Shown: positions 49,439 through 60,097, counted from the first letter of the stretch. The stretch: DNA of 64,000 bases from Prochlorococcus sp. AG-409-G20 (GCA_003215775.1 QCJW01000008.1:2833-66832); one strand, 5' to 3'. Translations and numbers: made by a program. Notes: a model not told the origin generated them from the sequence alone.

Positions 49439-49673
49439 TAGATTTCACCAAAAATACAATAGAATCTTCTTGGGACTCTATAGTCTTAATGGTATATCCA
49501 GCATTAGAGAGCCCTGAAAAAACTGTCTCTTCAGGTTCACCTTTATCAAGTTGAACCTTCAGATATTGATCTTTATTTAATTCTTCAAGAACAAGTCTAC
49601 AACGTACAAAATTTATTGGACAGGGAGTTCCTCTTAAATCTAAGTATTGTATTAACTGAGTTTTTTCAATCAT
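49428..49673 (-). CDS. TusA/SirA-like sulfur-carrier family protein
   Basis: 81 aa. LDLRGTPCPINFV contains the family CP motif. Overlaps the rsgA start by 11 nt and begins 2 nt after the dnaJ stop. Confidence 0.7.
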   Translation of the reverse strand: MIEKTQLIQYLDLRGTPCPINFVRCRLVLEELNKDQYLKVQLDKGEPEETVFSGLSNAGYTIKTIESQEDSIVFLVKSIGK

Positions 49674-49675
49674 TC

Positions 49676-50803
49676 TTATTTCCTAAACAAGCTAGAAAAT
49701 AATCCACTTTTATGATGATGATATTGTTTTCCTCTTGCCGAATAATGAGAAGCCAATCCTTGTAAAAGTTTCCTTTCTTCGTCAGAGATTCGTGTTGGTA
49801 AGTTTATATTTACCGATACACATTGATTACCTCTCGCGACTGGATTCCCTAATTTTGGGATACCTTTATTCTCTAAGATTAAGGTTGCATTAGGCTGAGT
49901 ACCAATGGGAATCTCAAGCTCTGCAGGACCATCAACTGTATCTACTTCAATAGTATCCCCTAAAATTGCCTGTAAGTAACTGATATTAACTTCTGAATAA
50001 ATAGTGAGGCCTTCTCTGCGTAATTTAGGGTGATTTTTTACTTTTAGAAAAACATATAAATCTCCAGAAGGGCCTCCTCTCAAACCAGCATTACCTTCTC
50101 CAGAAACTCTCAACCTAGTTCCAGTATCAACCCCAGGGGGAATATTAATGCGTAATTTCTTTCTAACCTGATTTACACCCTGTCCTCCACAAGATCCACA
50201 TGGGTCAGCAATCATCTGACCTGTTCCTCCACAATTTGGACATTCCGCTACCTGAGTAAAACTTCCAAAAGGTGTACGAGTTGCTCTTCGTACCTGACCA
50301 GCACCTCCACAAGTAGAACAATTAGTCGGCCCAGAACCTGATTTAGCTCCAGATCCACTACAGGTATTACAGGTTTCTAAATGAGGAATTCTAATTTCTC
50401 TTTCCTGACCAAAAACAGCCTGATCAAACTCAACAGTTAAGTCATAACGCAAATCATCACCTTGTTGAGGACCTCGTCTTTGCGGACGACCACCAACTCC
50501 TCCAGACCCACCAAATCCACTAAAGAAGGTCTCAAACAAATCAGCAAATCCACCCATATCTCCCATATCAGGCATGCCTGCGGCACCACCTAATCCAGCC
50601 TCTCCAAACTGATCATATCTAGCTCTTTTCTGTGGATCTCCTAAAACCTCATATGCACGACCTATCTCCTTAAAACGTTCTTCAGCTCCTTCTTCCTTAT
50701 TAATATCAGGATGATATTGACGTGCCATCCTCCTATAGGCTCGTTTGAGAGTATCAGCATCAGCATCTCTGCTGACTCCTAAAAGATCATAAAAATCTGC
50801 CAT
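49676..50803 (-). CDS. dnaJ: Molecular chaperone DnaJ
   Basis: 375 aa. J domain (DFYDLLGV...HPD), G/F region, and four CxxCxGxG repeats. Confidence 0.96.
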   Translation of the reverse strand: MADFYDLLGVSRDADADTLKRAYRRMARQYHPDINKEEGAEERFKEIGRAYEVLGDPQKRARYDQFGEAGLGGAAGMPDMGDMGGFADLFETFFSGFGGSGGVGGRPQRRGPQQGDDLRYDLTVEFDQAVFGQEREIRIPHLETCNTCSGSGAKSGSGPTNCSTCGGAGQVRRATRTPFGSFTQVAECPNCGGTGQMIADPCGSCGGQGVNQVRKKLRINIPPGVDTGTRLRVSGEGNAGLRGGPSGDLYVFLKVKNHPKLRREGLTIYSEVNISYLQAILGDTIEVDTVDGPAELEIPIGTQPNATLILENKGIPKLGNPVARGNQCVSVNINLPTRISDEERKLLQGLASHYSARGKQYHHHKSGLFSSLFRK

Positions 50804-50848
50804 TAGTTTTTACATTCGATTTGAAATTTGAAACTCCATTTCACGAAG

Positions 50849-51625
50849 TCAGCCCTCCTCAACAGGAGAATTTATTGCTTCTTCAGATGAGGTCTCATTC
50901 GAAGATTCATCAATTTGCCCTTTATCCTCTGAACTTGGACCAGGCCCCATAGAAACCTTTACTAGTGCATGACGTAAAACACGGCCATTTAAGTGGTAAC
51001 CACGTTGCAGTTCTTCAGTAATAATATCTTCTAAATGATCATTACTTGGTTCTCTTAAAACAGCCTCATGCAAATTGGGATCGAATAATTGACCCACTAC
51101 CCTCATAGGTGCAACTCCTAATTGTTTAAGTACATCTACAAGTTGCTTATAAAGTCCTTGGTAACTTCTATGAAGTGCTTGCGCTTCCTCTCCTTGAGGA
51201 TCCAATTGCTGTCTAGCACGCTCAAAATTATCTACAATAGGAAGAATTTCACTTAGCGTTGTACAAGTTAATTGAATGCGAAGGTCATCTTGATCTCTAG
51301 TCTGACGCTTACGAAAATTATCAAAGTCAGCTGCAATTCTCATATACTGACTACGTAATGTCTCATGCTCTTTCTCTAATTGCTCTAATCGAGCCTCATT
51401 ATTTATCAAAGAAAGATCTGCTTCTGAAGATTTTTGCTCTTCAACTGCCTCATTCATAGCCTCAGAAGCGTTTGCTATGGGTTCCTGACTGTCAACCTGA
51501 CAAGCTAAATCTTCTTCAGAACTGCTTTCATCCTTAGCTTGTGACACAGACTCATGAGAAGTAGTCGTGTTCATTAAATCATCGCCTGAAGACTCTTGAG
51601 ATGCGTTTGAAACTTCACCACTCAT
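50849..51625 (-). CDS. grpE: Nucleotide exchange factor GrpE
   Basis: [12 protein letters not shown] and a GrpE C-terminal beta domain. I prefer the ATG at 51625 to the TTG at 51682. Confidence 0.92.
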   Translation of the reverse strand: MSGEVSNASQESSGDDLMNTTTSHESVSQAKDESSSEEDLACQVDSQEPIANASEAMNEAVEEQKSSEADLSLINNEARLEQLEKEHETLRSQYMRIAADFDNFRKRQTRDQDDLRIQLTCTTLSEILPIVDNFERARQQLDPQGEEAQALHRSYQGLYKQLVDVLKQLGVAPMRVVGQLFDPNLHEAVLREPSNDHLEDIITEELQRGYHLNGRVLRHALVKVSMGPGPSSEDKGQIDESSNETSSEEAINSPVEEG

Positions 51626-51733
51626 GCTTCCATTGGAAAATCTTATATATGTATGTTGATAGACCAAGTGCAAATCGCACAAGCTGCGGAAGCCCGCACC
51701 TAAACTAAAAAATCAAAGTAAAATATAGATCAA

Positions 51734-52993
51734 TCATCTAATGCTTGAAGCAATTGCTCTTCCTGCAAGCCACGCACTAGTCCAACAATGCTGAAAATTA
51801 AAACCACCTGTTAAACCATCTACATCTAAAACCTCCCCTGCAAAATACAAACCCTTGCAAAGTCGGCTTTCCATATTCTTAAAATTAACCTCATTAAGAT
51901 CAACTCCACCTGCAGTAACAAATTCATCACCAAAAGGTCCTTTACCAATCAATAAATATTGATTACAAGTTAAGGTTTGAATAAGCTTAATTTCATCACG
52001 TAACGACAAATCAGACCATTTGATCGAAAAGTCTATAGATGCTTTCTGCAAAAGAGTCAGCCAAAAACGTTTTGACAAGTTTTCAAATGGTTTAAAATTG
52101 AACAATGTCTTATAACCTTTTTCCCTTCTTACCTTAGCAAAAATGTTTTTGATATCAAAAGATTCTTTTGCTATCCAATCAATGGTAATCTTGGCTTGAT
52201 AGTGACTTCTATACAGCCATCGAGCAGCAAAAGAAGATAATTTCAATACAATAGGTCCGCTGAAACCCCAATGCGTAAATAGCATTCGCCCATATTCTTG
52301 AAAAATTTTACCATCAATATTTAGCTGCATAGAAACATTATCTAATGCATACCCTGAACAAGTACGGATCAACTTATCATTTATTTTAAACGAAAAAAGT
52401 GATGGGATAGATGGAATAATATTATGACCCAAATTATTCGCTAGTCTTCTTCCACTAGGGTGACCACCTGTCGCAAGTAATACATTTTTTGAATAAAGAG
52501 TATACCCAGAATTACAAATAACTAAATATTCATTATTATCTAAAAATTGTAATTCTCTTACAAATTCTTCAGTACGCAAAGAGATACCAAGAGAATTTGC
52601 AGTGTCACGAAAACAATTCACAACCGAATCAGACTTATTAGTAATTGGAAACATTCGCCCATCCTTCTCTTCAACTAATTGCAAACCATGTTCTGAAAAC
52701 CATGCCACTGCATCTCCAGCAGCAAAGCGACTAAAAGCACTCCTTAAAGGCTTATTACCCCTTGGATAATTATCAACTAAATCTCTTGGGTCCCAAGCAG
52801 CATGTGTCACATTGCACCTCCCTCCTCCACTAATTCTCACCTTCTCGAGTGGTTTAGTAGTCGCTTCTAATAAATGAATAGACTCCAAACCTTCTTCTGC
52901 TGCTGTGATTGCAGCCATAAATCCAGCTGCTCCTGCACCAACAACAACTAAGTCAACTTTATGTTTTTGGTCTAAATACAAGTGCGAGTCCAT
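51734..52993 (-). CDS. HI0933/BaiN-family NAD(P)/FAD-dependent oxidoreductase
   Basis: DLVVVGAGAAGFMAA and ISGGGRCNVTH motifs. I prefer the ATG at 52993, which still overlaps the msrB 3' end by 35 nt. Confidence 0.85.
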   Translation of the reverse strand: MDSHLYLDQKHKVDLVVVGAGAAGFMAAITAAEEGLESIHLLEATTKPLEKVRISGGGRCNVTHAAWDPRDLVDNYPRGNKPLRSAFSRFAAGDAVAWFSEHGLQLVEEKDGRMFPITNKSDSVVNCFRDTANSLGISLRTEEFVRELQFLDNNEYLVICNSGYTLYSKNVLLATGGHPSGRRLANNLGHNIIPSIPSLFSFKINDKLIRTCSGYALDNVSMQLNIDGKIFQEYGRMLFTHWGFSGPIVLKLSSFAARWLYRSHYQAKITIDWIAKESFDIKNIFAKVRREKGYKTLFNFKPFENLSKRFWLTLLQKASIDFSIKWSDLSLRDEIKLIQTLTCNQYLLIGKGPFGDEFVTAGGVDLNEVNFKNMESRLCKGLYFAGEVLDVDGLTGGFNFQHCWTSAWLAGRAIASSIR

Positions 52994-53465
52994 TGTTGCA
53001 ATAACGTTTTCCAGTGGGCCTAGGTCCATCATTAAAAACATGGCCTTGATGGCCGCCACATCTGTGACAGTGGTACTCAGTACGAGGAATGATGAGTTTA
53101 AAATCTAGTTTGGTTGCAACTGAACCCGAAAGTGGTTCCGAAAAACTTGGCCATCCTGTTCCACTTTCAAACTTTGCAGAAGAAGAAAATAATGACAAGT
53201 CACATCCAGCACAATAATAAATGCCTTCTTGTTTTTGATTATTCAAAGGACTAGAAAAAGGCGCTTCAGTAGCCTCCTCTCTCAAAACCTTATAAACCTC
53301 AGAAGAAAGTCTTTGCTTCCATTCATCATTAGTTAATGCCCATGAAGAATTATCTGGATTTGAACGAGCCAATCCTGAAGAAGGACTAATAAAAAAACCT
53401 ACAAAGGCTGCAATACTCTTCATAATAAATGAACGCCTAGTCAAGAATAAGAAAAATTTTTGCAT
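52959..53465 (-). CDS. msrB: Peptide-methionine (R)-S-oxide reductase with a Tat-type signal peptide
   Basis: 168 aa. Two CxxC pairs (CAGC, CHRC), a catalytic RYCNNG, and an N-terminal TRRSFIMK followed by a hydrophobic h-region and GLA. Confidence 0.9.
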   Translation of the reverse strand: MQKFFLFLTRRSFIMKSIAAFVGFFISPSSGLARSNPDNSSWALTNDEWKQRLSSEVYKVLREEATEAPFSSPLNNQKQEGIYYCAGCDLSLFSSSAKFESGTGWPSFSEPLSGSVATKLDFKLIIPRTEYHCHRCGGHQGHVFNDGPRPTGKRYCNNGLALVFRPKT

Positions 53466-53520
53466 AATCCAAATGAAATGAACTAAAAAACGTCTCTACA
53501 AAAAAATCAAGAATAGGCAA

Positions 53521-54522
53521 ATGAAAACCAACCACAAAAATCTACATAAAGCATACCAATTCAGTATTGCTCCAATGATGGACTGCACTGATAGACACTT
53601 CAGGGTAATGATGAGACATATCAGTCATAGAGCACTTCTCTATACGGAAATGATTGTGGCAAAAGCCATACATCATAGTAACAACTTAAAAAAAATTTTA
53701 GATTTCAGTCCTATAGAACATCCAATTGCTCTGCAACTAGGGGGAGATGACCCATTACTTTTAGCTGAAGCTAGTCAAATCGCAGAAGAATGGGGCTACG
53801 ACGAAATTAATTTCAATGTTGGATGTCCAAGCCCAAAAGTAAAAGCAGGAAACTTTGGAGCGTGTCTAATGGCAGATCCAAATCTTGTTGCAAGATGCAT
53901 ACAAGCAATGAAAAAAGCGACTTCTCTAGAGGTAACAGTAAAACATCGCATAGGTATTGATGATCTTGATAGTGATGAACTTCTAAAAGCTTTCTGTCAA
54001 AGTGCATCCGAAGCAGGCGCCTCAAGATTTGCAATTCATGCAAGAAAAGCGTGGCTAGAAGGTCTAAATGCAAAAGAGAATAGAACCATACCCCCTCTCC
54101 AATACGAACGAGTTGCTCTTCTAAAAGAAAAATGTCCGGAATTAATTATTGAATTAAATGGAGGACTCAATACACCAAATGATTGCATAAAAGCACTAAA
54201 AACATTTGACGGTGCAATGGTAGGAAGGTCTGCTTATGAGCACCCACTTCGTTGGCAAACAATAGATGCTCTGATTTTTGGGGAAAAGCCAAAATGTATA
54301 AAAGCTTCAGAAGTAATTAGAGAACTACTTCCTTATTCTCAAATACATCTAGATAAGGACGGTCGATTATGGGATATTTGCAGACATGTTTTACATTTAG
54401 TAGAGGGTGTTCCAGGAGCAAAAAAATGGAGACACAACCTTCAGGTAAAAGCACAAAAAACTTCAGCTGAATCTAGCCTGCTAGAGGAAGCAGCTAAACA
54501 ACTTGAAGATGAGGGACTGTAG
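53521..54522 (+). CDS. dusA: tRNA-dihydrouridine synthase A
   Basis: 333 aa. FSIAPMMDCTDRHFR and INFNVGCPS motifs. Confidence 0.9.
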   Translation: MKTNHKNLHKAYQFSIAPMMDCTDRHFRVMMRHISHRALLYTEMIVAKAIHHSNNLKKILDFSPIEHPIALQLGGDDPLLLAEASQIAEEWGYDEINFNVGCPSPKVKAGNFGACLMADPNLVARCIQAMKKATSLEVTVKHRIGIDDLDSDELLKAFCQSASEAGASRFAIHARKAWLEGLNAKENRTIPPLQYERVALLKEKCPELIIELNGGLNTPNDCIKALKTFDGAMVGRSAYEHPLRWQTIDALIFGEKPKCIKASEVIRELLPYSQIHLDKDGRLWDICRHVLHLVEGVPGAKKWRHNLQVKAQKTSAESSLLEEAAKQLEDEGL

Positions 54523-54533
54523 TAAAACTACCT

Positions 54534-55079
54534 TTAACCTTCGGCTCCACCATAGTCATCAGATCCATGATCTTGATCCAATGAACCTTGACCTTCTGGA
54601 GCAGTACCTCTTCGACGCCTACTTCGTCCGTCATCATCATTACCCCCTGAATCTTGCGAAGCGCCTCCATAACTACGATCTTCCCAGCCTTTCGCGCCAG
54701 AGCTTCGCCCGGCATTAGCACTAGAATTACCGCCGCCGCCATAACCGCCGCCGCCATAGCCGCCACCGCCGCCATAGCCGCCGCCGCCGCCATAGCCGCC
54801 ACCGCCGCCGCCATAGCCACCTCTTCTAGGAGCACTACCTCTGGGCTCCGCTTTATTTATTCTTAATGGTCGCCCCATTAATTCGGCTCCTTGTAATGAC
54901 TCAATGGCAGCAGCCTCTGCTGCCTCATCAGCCATCTCAATAAAAGCAAAGCCCCTTTTACGTCCTGTATCACGTTCAAGGGGGAGAGAACAATTTGCAA
55001 CCTGTCCAAAGGCTGCAAACAGTTCCATGACATCTTCCTTCTCAGCACGGAAGGGCAAATTTCCAACAAAAATACTCAC
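54534..55079 (-). CDS. RRM-type RNA-binding protein with a Gly-rich repeat and a long charged tail
   Basis: 181 aa. RNP2 IFVGNL and RNP1 KRGFAFIEM, then (GGYGGGG)n and an Asp/Arg/Gly tail. Confidence 0.92.
   Translation of the reverse strand: MSIFVGNLPFRAEKEDVMELFAAFGQVANCSLPLERDTGRKRGFAFIEMADEAAEAAAIESLQGAELMGRPLRINKAEPRGSAPRRGGYGGGGGGYGGGGGYGGGGGYGGGGYGGGGNSSANAGRSSGAKGWEDRSYGGASQDSGGNDDDGRSRRRRGTAPEGQGSLDQDHGSDDYGGAEG
54729..54822. repeat. Tandem GC-rich codon repeat encoding (G)nY units
   Basis: Repeated ccgccgccgccatagcc / ccaccgccgccatagcc units, read directly from the sequence. It is a local GC spike and produces the shadow ORFs 54494..54835(-) and 54654..54866(+). Confidence 0.85.
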
Positions 55080-55118
55080 TTGACTAGTAAACCTAAATGG
55101 ACCAAAAGAACTTAAAAG

Positions 55119-55133
55119 TCAGCTGAAAGCTGA
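55119..55133 (-). terminator. Possible weak terminator after argH / structure in the rbp 5' region
   Basis: TCAGC-TGAAA-GCTGA hairpin, followed on the minus strand by CTTTTAAGTTCTTTT. The stem is only 5 bp. Confidence 0.2.
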
Positions 55134-55203
55134 TTCTGAATGAATCATCAACATCTGACAGTCATAGGTTAAACGTAAAAGCGCCAAAGCGTTAATTCAT
55201 CCT

Positions 55204-56583
55204 TTAAGAAGCGAGAGCTTCTCTCCAATAATTTAATTGCTCCTTAACCCTGCTAAAGCCAGTACCACCTTCACTAATTCGTGAGGCCACAACTTGTTTT
55301 GGGGATAATCTGTCAAAAAGATCTCTACCAATCAAAGGGTTTATCTCCTGCCATTCATGAATCTTGAGATCTCTCAATAAAATTCCGTCATCAAGACATC
55401 GCTTCACAACTCCTCCCACAATTTGATATGCCTCACGAAAGGCTATTCCTTTAGAAACCAAATAGTCAGCTACATCAGTTGCATTAGAAAAATCAGATTC
55501 AACTGCAGCAGAAAGTCTAGAAGTACGAAATTCTAATCCCTCTTCAAGCAAAATTGACATTGCTTCAAGAGAAATTCTTACAGTTCTAACAGTATCAAAT
55601 AGTGCTTCTTTATCTTCCTGAAAATCTTTATTATATGCAAGAGGTAATCCCTTAATCATTGTAAGCAAAGCCTGAAGATGACCAAACACACGACCACATT
55701 TACCCCTTACCAATTCAGGAACATCCGGATTCTTTTTTTGAGGCATAAGACTACTACCCGTAGCACATCTATCGGTTAATTGAACAAAAGAAAACTCTTC
55801 CGATGCCCACAAAATCACTTCCTCAGATAAACGACTTAAATGAGTCATGATCAGAGAAGAAGCACTAGCAAACTCGACAGCAAAATCTCGATCACTAACC
55901 GCATCTAGACTATTATTATATATATCAGAAAAACCAAGTTTTGAAGCAGTCTTGCGAGGATTAATAGGAACAGATGTACCGGCCAATGCAGCAGCTCCTA
56001 ATGGTGAAATATTGACACGTTTTCTAACATCTAACAAACGCTCTCTATCTCTTTGAATCATCTCTATATAAGCCAAAAGATGATGAGCTAAGGACACTGG
56101 TTGTGCCCTTTGTAAATGTGTGTAGCCAGGAATAAGTGTATACAAATGACTGTTAGATTGATCAAAAAGTGCCTTTTGAAAACGCTTAAGGTCAATATCA
56201 AGCAAATCAATTTGACGCCTCAACCATAATCTCAAATCAGTACCAACCTGATCATTTCGACTACGACCTGTATGTAATTTTTTTCCAACAGGTCCAATGA
56301 GTTCAATCAAACGTCTTTCAACTGCATAATGGACATCTTCATCTACAAGATTTTGTTGAAAAAATCCTTGATCTGCTTCTAAACGAATCTTTTCGAGAGC
56401 CTCGTCAATCTGAGCAGCTTCTTTAGTGGAAATAATGCCACAATCCGCAAGCATTGCCACATGAGCTTTAGATCCATCCAAATCTTCCTGGATCAAATTG
56501 ATATCGAAGGTAATAGAAGCATTAAAGCTTTCTATAACAGGATTCAGGCCCTGCTCAAACCTATTGCTCCAAGTCTTAGCCAA
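55204..56583 (-). CDS. argH: Argininosuccinate lyase
   Basis: 459 aa. TGRSRNDQV and [12 protein letters not shown] signature motifs. TTG start. Confidence 0.95.
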   Translation of the reverse strand: MAKTWSNRFEQGLNPVIESFNASITFDINLIQEDLDGSKAHVAMLADCGIISTKEAAQIDEALEKIRLEADQGFFQQNLVDEDVHYAVERRLIELIGPVGKKLHTGRSRNDQVGTDLRLWLRRQIDLLDIDLKRFQKALFDQSNSHLYTLIPGYTHLQRAQPVSLAHHLLAYIEMIQRDRERLLDVRKRVNISPLGAAALAGTSVPINPRKTASKLGFSDIYNNSLDAVSDRDFAVEFASASSLIMTHLSRLSEEVILWASEEFSFVQLTDRCATGSSLMPQKKNPDVPELVRGKCGRVFGHLQALLTMIKGLPLAYNKDFQEDKEALFDTVRTVRISLEAMSILLEEGLEFRTSRLSAAVESDFSNATDVADYLVSKGIAFREAYQIVGGVVKRCLDDGILLRDLKIHEWQEINPLIGRDLFDRLSPKQVVASRISEGGTGFSRVKEQLNYWREALAS

Positions 56584-56640
56584 ATCTTTTAAAAACCTAG
56601 ATCTAATAAAGCAGTTTACAAAAAAAAATCAGATCGACTT

Positions 56641-58038
56641 TTACTTTAATGTAGGTAAAGCCAAAGATTCATTAACCTTTAATACAACCATTGATGCATC
56701 ATCTTCTAAATGATGGTCAAGTCCTACAAATCGATCTAATCGGAAAAACAACCGATCAAGAATCTTCTGAGCACTAAAGCCATTTCTACAACACTCTTCT
56801 AAAACACGACATAAACGCGACTCATCAAAACGATCACCTGCCAGTCCAGGCGCTTCAGTAACACCATCAGTGTAATAAAGCAAAACATCACCTGGATCTA
56901 AAAAGACCTCTGAGCCAACATATTCAGATTCAAATTGCAATCCAATTAAAAGACCTGGTGCATCTAATCTGGTAATAGTTTTTTGTTCTGCTTTCCAAAG
57001 AAGAGGAGGATTATGTGCTGCATTTGCATAACGTAACTTTCGTGTTCGCGGATCGTAATCTGAATAAAAAAGAGTTACAAATCTGTGAGAATGAGCCAAA
57101 TCCTCCTGTGCCAAATGATTTAAATCATGGAGAATCCGATCTGGAGATAAACCACTTAACACTTCTGCTCTAAGCATTCCTCTAAGCATTGTCATCAACA
57201 AACCAGCAGGAACACCTTTTCCCATTACATCACCTATAACCACAGCCCAACGCCCTTTCTCTCTACGTCGACCAATTAATTCAGGTCGAGTAGGCATAAA
57301 ATCATAATAATCTCCACCAACCTGAAAAGCCGGACAACATTTAGCAGCCAGTTGGACACCTTCAATTACTGGACAAGAGTTTGGTAATAACTGAGCCTGA
57401 ATCTCAGCACCAATACTTAATTGCCGGTCAACTCGTTCATGGAGTCGAGCCTCCTGAAGAATTAAATCATTTTCAAGTGCAACACCAGTCAAATCAGCAA
57501 CCAACTGAACATGTCTACGATGCACTTCAGTCCAAACCAAAGGTTTATGAAGATCAAAAACATATAAACGACCTCTATGAATCCCTCTAGAAACTATAGA
57601 AGTTGAAAAAATCCCTGCGCTAGAAAGATGACTCTGAACAAGTCTATCCATCTGCAATATCTGCGATTCATCAAACCCAAAACCTACGATCTTTGCTGGT
57701 TCAAAAGAAGCTAATTGCCTCAAAAGTTCTTGAGATTCTTGGAAAGGAATAGCTTGTAATTGTTCTCTCCAAAGACGACCATCTGCTTGAAAAGGAACTA
57801 ATAAAGCACCTTCAACCCCCACTAATCTAGAGACAACTACAGGAACTAACTCTAAAAAACGATTCAGATTACTAAAACTACGTAAAGCAAATCCCAAAGA
57901 AACCAGCAAATCCTGATTTCTTTTTTGTTCCAAGGATAAGCTCTCAAGGAGCTCCCTTAAAGAAACTAAAGCAGTTAAAGACTGAGGATTACTAGTAGAG
58001 GAGGAGCCAAGATGAGGCCTAGGAGGTTTGGTGGTCAA
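56641..58038 (-). CDS. PP2C/SpoIIE-family serine phosphatase with a GAF-like N-terminal domain (RsbU-like)
   Basis: 465 aa. The C-terminal half has GGDYYDF, VIGDVMGKGVPAGLLM, YTDGVTEA and DDASMVVLKV. Confidence 0.85.
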   Translation of the reverse strand: MTTKPPRPHLGSSSTSNPQSLTALVSLRELLESLSLEQKRNQDLLVSLGFALRSFSNLNRFLELVPVVVSRLVGVEGALLVPFQADGRLWREQLQAIPFQESQELLRQLASFEPAKIVGFGFDESQILQMDRLVQSHLSSAGIFSTSIVSRGIHRGRLYVFDLHKPLVWTEVHRRHVQLVADLTGVALENDLILQEARLHERVDRQLSIGAEIQAQLLPNSCPVIEGVQLAAKCCPAFQVGGDYYDFMPTRPELIGRRREKGRWAVVIGDVMGKGVPAGLLMTMLRGMLRAEVLSGLSPDRILHDLNHLAQEDLAHSHRFVTLFYSDYDPRTRKLRYANAAHNPPLLWKAEQKTITRLDAPGLLIGLQFESEYVGSEVFLDPGDVLLYYTDGVTEAPGLAGDRFDESRLCRVLEECCRNGFSAQKILDRLFFRLDRFVGLDHHLEDDASMVVLKVNESLALPTLK

Positions 58039-58096
58039 GGGATCACCAAGCTAAGAAAATAAAACGTAGCAAAATCTAAGAAAAGCAACAGAAGTC

Positions 58097-59422
58097 TCAA
58101 CGATTTGCCAACAATGCTTCAACAAACTCAAAACTATTAAATGGTCTCAAATCTTTAATTCCCTCTCCTGCCCCAATAAATCGAATAGGCAAGTTAGCCT
58201 CAGAAGCTACAGCCAATGCAACTCCTCCTCTGGACGAGCCATCCAATTTTGTAATCACTACTCCAGTCAAACCAGCCGACTTAGAAAAAGCTAGAGCCTG
58301 CCTTAAACCATTTTGCCCCTGAGATGCATCCAATACTAATAAAGATTCAACACATGAATTAACTGCTAATTTATCAACTATTCTTCTGATCTTTTCCAAT
58401 TCTTCCATTAAATTATGTTTAGTTTGCAAACGACCTGCCGTATCTACTAACAACAGATCAATATTTTTAGCTTTAGCAGCACCAATTGCATCATATACAA
58501 CAGCAGCTGGATCAGCATTTGCGGTCGTATTTGATATAACTTGAACTCCACTTCTCTTTCCCCAAACCTGTACTTGCTCAACTGCCGCAGCTCGAAAAGT
58601 ATCTGCTGCTGCTATTAGGGATGAATAACCACTTCTTATAGCAAGACTTGATATTTTGCCAAGAGTAGTTGTTTTACCAACTCCATTTACACCTACAAAA
58701 AGCCAAATATTTAACACTCCTCTTTTTGGAACTAATAAATCAATACCGCTTGCTTCAATTGGTGCATCAAGTATCTTACAAAGCTGATCTTTCATAAAAC
58801 GAAGTCCTTCACTTGCATCAAGAACTTCTTCATTAAGTCGACGTCTCAATGCTTCTAGAACTTGATCAGTAGCTAATACACCAGCATCTGCCCGCAACAA
58901 CAACATTTCAAGATCATCAACTACTTCAGGCGTGAGAGGATCATCTCCTAACTTATCTAAAAGTTCAGTAACAAATCCCTTACGAGTCTTTTCCAAGCCT
59001 CGTCTTAATCTAGTTAACCAGTCTATTTCTTCTACAGAAATATCATCTACTTTTTTCCCTTGAGCAGCTAAAATTTCAGCAGACCAAGTAAATGACTCAT
59101 CAAATTCACCCAAAGAAGAAGGCTTGATTATTTCCTTTTGATCTTCATTATTTGACAATGAAATAGTAAAATTTTCATCTTCTGCATCTTTTGACTTATC
59201 AATTAAATCATCTTTATCAATACCAGCTTTAACTATTTCTTCTTGATCACGATTTTTATTTTCAGAATTTTCTTTATCTTGCTTACTTTTAAGTCTGGCA
59301 TATGCCTCTTTCGCCCAGTCAAGGGATTCTTCCTTTGTTTTATCTAAAGAATTGTCATTATTATTCTGATTATTTTCATCAGATTGAGAAGAAGTTGTAC
59401 GTCTAAACTCGTCGTAAACCAT
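58097..59422 (-). CDS. ftsY: Signal recognition particle receptor FtsY
   Basis: 441 aa. Acidic N-terminal domain and an NG domain with GVNGVGKTTT, DTAGR and TKLD. Confidence 0.95.
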   Translation of the reverse strand: MVYDEFRRTTSSQSDENNQNNNDNSLDKTKEESLDWAKEAYARLKSKQDKENSENKNRDQEEIVKAGIDKDDLIDKSKDAEDENFTISLSNNEDQKEIIKPSSLGEFDESFTWSAEILAAQGKKVDDISVEEIDWLTRLRRGLEKTRKGFVTELLDKLGDDPLTPEVVDDLEMLLLRADAGVLATDQVLEALRRRLNEEVLDASEGLRFMKDQLCKILDAPIEASGIDLLVPKRGVLNIWLFVGVNGVGKTTTLGKISSLAIRSGYSSLIAAADTFRAAAVEQVQVWGKRSGVQVISNTTANADPAAVVYDAIGAAKAKNIDLLLVDTAGRLQTKHNLMEELEKIRRIVDKLAVNSCVESLLVLDASQGQNGLRQALAFSKSAGLTGVVITKLDGSSRGGVALAVASEANLPIRFIGAGEGIKDLRPFNSFEFVEALLANR

Positions 59423-59424
59423 TA

Positions 59425-60057
59425 CTAATTTATTATAGAAGAGTTTTGGAGTCTTCTTAAAACTCCATTAATCATTCTCTTACCCTGATCATCACTATAA
59501 CGATTAGCTAGCTCCACAGCCTCATTACACGCTACAGCAGACGGTGTATTTAAAGCATTCAAATCAATATAAGCTAATCTCAAGATATCTCTATCGATAC
59601 GGGGCAATCTTTTCAAACGCCATCCTTCCATAACATTATCCAAATGATCATCTATCAATGAACGCTGTTGAAGCACTAATTTTACTCGTTGTATTACTTG
59701 TAATCTTATTTCTTCTTGATCACTTAAAGCTACTAATCTTGGAAGTTCAAGACTAATTGAAAGAGTATTTAAGATAGTTTCGGCATTTCCAAGACAAGTC
59801 TCTAAATGATTTCTCACAAGTTCAAAAGAATTTTTCTGATGATCATCAAAATCACTATCAATTAAGTCTTGTTGGGCAATTTCTAATTGATTCGCGCAAG
59901 TATCTAATCCTTCTCTCCAATGCTGAATAAGACTATCCATAGCTCTTTGTAAATAATATAAAAGATCTTTTTGATTTAAAATCTCAATCTCAGAATCTGA
60001 AATTTGACCTAAAACCAAAAGAGCTAATTCTCGAGCAATTGATCTAGAATCCATCAA
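59425..60057 (-). CDS. nusB: Transcription antitermination factor NusB
   Basis: 210 aa. SRSIARELALLVLGQ at the N-terminus and NEAVELANRYSDDQGKRMINGVLR near the C-terminus. Confidence 0.9.
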   Translation of the reverse strand: MMDSRSIARELALLVLGQISDSEIEILNQKDLLYYLQRAMDSLIQHWREGLDTCANQLEIAQQDLIDSDFDDHQKNSFELVRNHLETCLGNAETILNTLSISLELPRLVALSDQEEIRLQVIQRVKLVLQQRSLIDDHLDNVMEGWRLKRLPRIDRDILRLAYIDLNALNTPSAVACNEAVELANRYSDDQGKRMINGVLRRLQNSSIIN

Positions 60058-60097
60058 AAAATAATTTTATAATCTAATTTTTCATATAAGAAGTATA

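Noticed and set aside
54494-54866. Ala-rich ORFs (113 aa minus strand, 70 aa plus strand) over the rbp repeat
   Set aside because: They are alternative-frame or antisense readings of the GGC/GCC codon repeat (poly-Ala and Ile/Ala runs). The RRM frame, with RNP1 and RNP2, explains the region.
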